64,000 nt of DNA. Source: an uncultured Gemmatimonadaceae bacterium. Lineage in GTDB: Bacteria; Gemmatimonadota; Gemmatimonadetes; Gemmatimonadales; Gemmatimonadaceae. The DNA lies in assembly GCA_963843845.1 (NCBI GenBank), contig CAWJMB010000002.1:1824001-1888000 (forward strand), given 5' to 3'. The notes beneath the pieces are model-generated. The model was given only the letters and a program-made list of their open reading frames with translations. It was not told the origin of the DNA and did no database searches. Of the stretch, positions 55,992 through 64,000 are shown one piece after another. Within the stretch, counting starts at the first letter, position 1; every line of letters begins with the position of its first letter. The translations under genes were made by a program, and so were the position numbers.

Positions 55992-56007
55992 AGGCACCGC
56001 GGTTGCG
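55992..56007 (+). promoter_or_regulatory. Putative sigma54 -24/-12 promoter upstream of clpB
   Basis: AGGCAC-CGCGG-TTGCG matches GGCAC-N5-TTGC with exact GG-N10-GC spacing. Confidence 0.6.
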
Positions 56008-56087
56008 TTTTCCCACAGCGCGCGCCGTGGCCGCTCCGGCGCGCCCACGCCATCTACACGACCGTTCCCTCACTCGACGACATAGAC

Positions 56088-58673
<2,586 letters not shown>

Positions 58674-58703
<30 letters not shown>

Positions 58704-59383
58704 CTCTGCCGTCTCCCGCGTCGGAATCGCGAGCGGATCGGCAGCGGTTCGTGCGTCGCTCAGCAGGCGTGTCACGAACCGCTGCCCTTCCGAGACGCGC
58801 TCCATCTCGATCGCGATCGTGTCGACCGCGGTCTCGAGGCGTGCGAGGCGCGCATCCGACTCCGACGAGGTGACGCTGGGGGTTCGGCTGCTGCGTCGCC
58901 AGATCAGACGTGCCCACGCCACGGCGAGTGGCATCATGACGACGAGCATGAACAGCCCGCCGAGCGCCCCCTTGGCATCGGCGCTCAGGCCACCCGGGCG
59001 ACGTGGTGCCTCCTGAGCCGCCGCGAACAGCTCTGGCGGAGCGGCACCGATCTGCGCCTCGGTCGTCGAGATATCACGCTCGATGCGCAGGATCCGCTCG
59101 TCGATCACGCGGATGCGCGCCTCGAGGCCGGCCTGATCGGCGCCGCCGGCGGTGCCCTGGCGAAGGCGTTGCGCGATCGCGAGGCGGTCTTCGCGCGCCG
59201 ATTCGAGTTGGCGCCGCAACTCGGTCGCCCGCGCGCGGAGGCCGCGAATCTGGGCGGCGCTCGTCGGCGCGCCGACGACCACGCGCGCGCCGCCGTCGGC
59301 TCCGACGGTCGCTGGCGCGAGGACGGGCGAGGGGGGGGCGGTGGCTGCGGCGGCGCGACGTCGGCTGGCTGCGTGCTAGTCAT
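58674..59383 (-). CDS. Hypothetical coiled-coil/TM protein (indel near 59285)
   Basis: Pro-rich N-terminus, coiled coil, TM, C-terminal [37 protein letters not shown]5-ATG upstream. Confidence 0.7.
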
Positions 59384-59450
59384 ACGGAACTCTACGGGCG
59401 CGAGAGATCGCGGTTTCGGTTGGACGTGTGACTCCGCAACATTAGAGCTA

Positions 59451-59942
59451 ATGCTGCCACCGGATTTCGACGACGCCGCCGCGATGCGCGAGGCGCTCCA
59501 CCTGGCCGGCGAGGCTGGGCTCGGCGGTGATGTTCCCGTCGGGGCGGTCATCGTTCGGGACGGGCGGATCGTCGGAGCGGCAGGGAATCGTACCATCCGG
59601 GACACCGACCCGACGGGACACGCGGAGGTGCTCGCGATCCGCGCCGCGGCGCAGGCGCTCGGTCGGTGGCGCCTCGACGACTGCACGCTGTTCGTCACGC
59701 TGGAGCCGTGCGCGATGTGCGCTGGGGCGATCGTGCTCGCGCGCCTTCGGCGGGTCGTGTTCGGCGCGTGGGACGACAAGGCCGGAATGGCCGGCTCGGT
59801 CGGCGACGTGCTCCGTCACCCGCGGCTCAACCACCGCCCGGAGGTTCGCGGCGGCGTGCTCGCAGACGACGTGCGGCGAGGTGCTGCGGGCATTCTTCGC
59901 GGATCGGCGCGTGCCGGCGACGAACCCGTTAGGCCGCGTTGA
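59451..59942 (+). CDS. tadA: tRNA adenosine(34) deaminase (indel near 59870; true 3' end uncertain, possibly 60003)
   Basis: VPVGAV, DPTGHAE, TLEPCAMCAGA, LNH; shifted frame continues CGEVLRAFFADRR. Confidence 0.92.
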   Translation: MLPPDFDDAAAMREALHLAGEAGLGGDVPVGAVIVRDGRIVGAAGNRTIRDTDPTGHAEVLAIRAAAQALGRWRLDDCTLFVTLEPCAMCAGAIVLARLRRVVFGAWDDKAGMAGSVGDVLRHPRLNHRPEVRGGVLADDVRRGAAGILRGSARAGDEPVRPR

Positions 59943-59967
59943 CGCTTTTTCCGAGCCCGGCTACTTT
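59939..59967 (+). promoter_or_regulatory. sigma70 promoter TTGACG-N17-TACTTT for the tRNA-Ser pair
   Basis: Near-consensus hexamers with 17-nt spacing, ending 14 nt before the tRNA. Confidence 0.7.
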
Positions 59968-59981
59968 GCACGGCTGTTCCC

Positions 59982-60068
59982 GGACAGGTGGCCGAGTGGT
60001 TGAAGGCACCGGTCTCGAAAACCGGCATACCGGCAACGGTATCGAGAGTTCGAATCTCTCCCTGTCCG
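59982..60068 (+). tRNA. tRNA-Ser(CGA)
   Basis: GGACAGG/CCTGTCC acceptor, CCGGT-CT-CGA-AA-ACCGG anticodon arm, long variable arm, GTTCGAATC; CCA not encoded. Confidence 0.95.
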
Positions 60069-60127
60069 TCCGGGTGGGCGCTTGAGCAATCAGGCTCCCA
60101 CCCGTCGTCGTACTGGCATTGCTCGTG

Positions 60128-60215
60128 GGACAGGTGGCCGAGTGGTCGAAGGCGCACCGCTGGAAACGGTGTAGGCGTCAAAAGCGTCTCGAGGGTTCGA
60201 ATCCCTCCCTGTCCG
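60128..60215 (+). tRNA. tRNA-Ser(GGA)
   Basis: GGACAGG/CCTGTCC acceptor, CACCG-CT-GGA-AA-CGGTG anticodon arm, long variable arm, GTTCGAATC; CCA not encoded. Confidence 0.95.
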
Positions 60216-60263
60216 TCCGCGCCCGTCCGTTCAGGGTGCGGCCCGCGGTTATATTCGCCGCAC

Positions 60264-61813
<1,550 letters not shown>

Positions 61814-61817
<4 letters not shown>

Positions 61818-63111
61818 CGCGCCCGGTCGTGCTCGCCGGCGGGCGTGTGCTCGATCCGTCGCAGGAGCTCGACGTCGCCGTCGGCGACGTGCTCGCTCGT
61901 GGACGGCCGCATCGAGCACGCGGGCGACCGCGTCGCACGGCCGGACGACGCGGAGGTGATCGACTGCGCCGGGCTCGTCGTCTCGCCGGGCTTCATCGAC
62001 GTGCACTGCCACCTGCGCGAGCCAGGCCGCGAGGACGTCGAGACGATCGCGACGGGCGCGCGCGCCGCGGCGGCAGGCGGGTTCACCGCGGTGTGCGCGA
62101 TGCCCAACACCGATCCGGTCACCGACAATCAGGCCGCGGTCGGGTTCATCATCCGGCAGGCGCAGCGCGCCGACGGCGGCGCGCGTCTACCCGATCGGCG
62201 CGATCACGGTCGGGCAGAAGGGCGAGACGCTCGCCGAGTTCGGCGAGATGGTCGCCGCCGGCGCCGTCGCCGTGAGCGACGACGGCAAGCCGGTCGTCAG
62301 CGCGCAGATCATGCGCATCGGCGCTCGAGTACGCGCGCACGTTCGGCATCCCGGTCGCCGACCACTGCGAGGAGCCGACGCTCGCGCATGGTGGCGCGAT
62401 GAACGAGGGCATCGTCGTCGACGCGGCTCGGCCTGCGCGGCATTCCCGAGCGAGGCCGAGGAGATCATGGCGATCCGCGACATCCTGCTCGCGCGGCGCA
62501 CGGGCGGGCACGTGCACCTCTGCCACATGAGCACGCGCGGCTCGGTCGAGCTGATCCGCTGGGGGAAGGAGCGCGGCATCAACGTCACCGCCGAGGTGTG
62601 CCCGCACCATCTCTCGCTCACCGAGGCTGAGGTGGAGGGGTACAACACGAACGCGAAGATGAACCCGCCGCTGCGCACGGCGGACGACGTCGACGCGCTG
62701 CAGGAGGCGGTGAAGGACGGCACGATCGACGTCGTCGCGACCGATCACGCGCCGCATCACTACGACGAGAAGGAGCGCGAGTTCGCCGACGCGCCGAACG
62801 GCATCGTCGGCCTCGAGACGGCGCTCGCGGTGCTCGTGACGTGGCTCGTCGAAGCCGGGCATCATCGACTACGCCACGCTCGTCGAGAAGATGGCGTGCG
62901 CGCCGGCGCGGCTGTTTCATTTGCCGGGTGGAACGCTGCGACGCGGGTCGGCCGGGCGACGTCACGGTGTTCGACCCGGACGCGGGCGTGGGTCGTCGAC
63001 GCCGACGCAGTTCCGAACGAAGGGGCGCAACACCCCGTACGCCGGCCACACGTTGCACGGCAAGACGACGTGTACCGTCGTCGGCGGACGTGTCGCATAT
63101 CGCGAAGGTGA
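61814..63111 (+). CDS. pyrC: Dihydroorotase (multiple indels)
   Basis: [43 protein letters not shown]. Confidence 0.95.
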
Positions 63112-63136
63112 GCGACCATTCGGCCGTGAGACTGTC

Positions 63137-64000
63137 ATGACGCAGCCAGCAGCACAGACCCCGGCGGACGCGATCCGCGGGCTGATCGAGGAGCGCGAAT
63201 CGATACCAGACCTGGCTCGACGCGATCGACGCGCGGCGCGACGCGACGCCGCCGCACGTCTTCGAGCGCGTGCACACGGACTACGCCGGCGCGCCTCAGC
63301 GGCGCGCAGTCGCGGCTCGCCGAGCATGCCGGACCACTGCGCGCGACCGAGGCGGCGCTCGCGCGTCGGCAGGACGACGTCGGTGCGGCGGCTGGCCGAC
63401 GGCCAGGACGAGCTCGCGGAGCTGGAGCTGCGGACGCTGGTCGGCGAGTTCGCGCCCGACGACGGCGAGCGGCGCGTGCAGCAGGCGGCAGCCGGCGTGC
63501 GCGAGCTCGATGGCGACCGTCGAGCCGTGACGGCGGAGCTGGACGAGCACGCTTGCTTCTCGAACAGATCGGTCCGGTCGCGCCGGGCGCACCGTCATCC
63601 CTGGCGGCAGGCGCGGCGCGCGGCGGCACCGGCGGCAGGCACGGCGGCAGGCACGGCTGCAGGCACGGCGGCATCGACGTCCACGGAATCGTCGAGCGCC
63701 GCCGCGCCGGCGGCTGGTACGGAGACCGCGCCGGATCGGGCGGCGGTGTCGACCACCGCAACGAGCGAGGCCGCTGCGCCACCGGCGCCGACGCCGACGG
63801 CACCGAACGACGCGCCCTCGGCTTCGGCGCCGTCGCTCGTGCCATCGTCCGCGGCCGACGAGGTCTTCGTCGGTACGGGCAGCGCGACTCGACTCGCTGG
63901 CCGCGTCGCTCGGCGGCTCGGCGACGACGCCGCAGGCGGCGCCGGCCGCGAGCGGGCAGGAGCGGACGCTACGCTGCCAGGACTGCGGCGAGATGAACTA
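63137..64000 (+). CDS. Hypothetical coiled-coil protein, heavily frameshifted, runs off window
   Basis: MTQPAAQTPADAIRGLIEER..YQTWLDAIDARRDATPPHVFERVHTDY..DELAELELR..VGEF across frames, then Ala/Pro/Thr-rich low complexity. Confidence 0.55.
   Translation, partial: MTQPAAQTPADAIRGLIEERESIPDLARRDRRAARRDAAARLRARAHGLRRRASAARSRGSPSMPDHCARPRRRSRVGRTTSVRRLADGQDELAELELRTLVGEFAPDDGERRVQQAAAGVRELDGDRRAVTAELDEHACFSNRSVRSRRAHRHPWRQARRAAAPAAGTAAGTAAGTAASTSTESSSAAAPAAGTETAPDRAAVSTTATSEAAAPPAPTPTAPNDAPSASAPSLVPSSAADEVFVGTGSATRLAGRVARRLGDDAAGGAGRERAGADATLPGLRRDEL
63631..63673 (+). repeat. 12-bp tandem repeat GGCGGCAGGCAC (about 3.5 copies)
   Basis: Directly visible; encodes AAGT repeats in a low-complexity linker. 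Confidence 0.7.

Noticed and set aside
59982..60218. Direct repeats around the tRNA-Ser pair as att sites of an integrated element
   Set aside because: The shared sequence is just the identical acceptor and D arms of two complete isoacceptor tRNAs; no integrase or foreign DNA.

Overview
High-GC (roughly 70-73% by eye) core chromosome segment. Gene content and order suggest Gemmatimonadota (inference). In order it holds: the end of the dcw cluster (murC-ftsQ-ftsA-ftsZ); an M23 peptidase; ftsY; recG; a GlrK/QseE-like kinase with a QseG-like lipoprotein and a lipid kinase; asnS; mazG; an alr-deoB-cdd-lipoprotein-beta-barrel-hybrid kinase operon; a SusC/SusD-like pair; miaB; comEC; fbp; methylmalonyl-CoA mutase; argS; pfkB; purM; ribDEBAH-nusB; a complete mannose-family PTS with HprK; metK; recO; clpB; tadA; two tRNA-Ser; and pyrRBC. 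I saw no mobile element, CRISPR array or rRNA. Many conserved genes are broken by single-base indels, most likely long-read consensus errors. The most unusual signal is not a gene: an asymmetric motif (C)GTTAGGC(R) occurs 13 times, mostly inside housekeeping genes, where it uses the otherwise very rare TTA codon. Other candidates are repeated TANNNT-N5-8-ATG leaderless-type starts, two structured intergenic regions, a sigma54-type promoter before clpB, a stand-alone T9SS-CTD/FlgD-like secreted protein and an internally deleted gene remnant.
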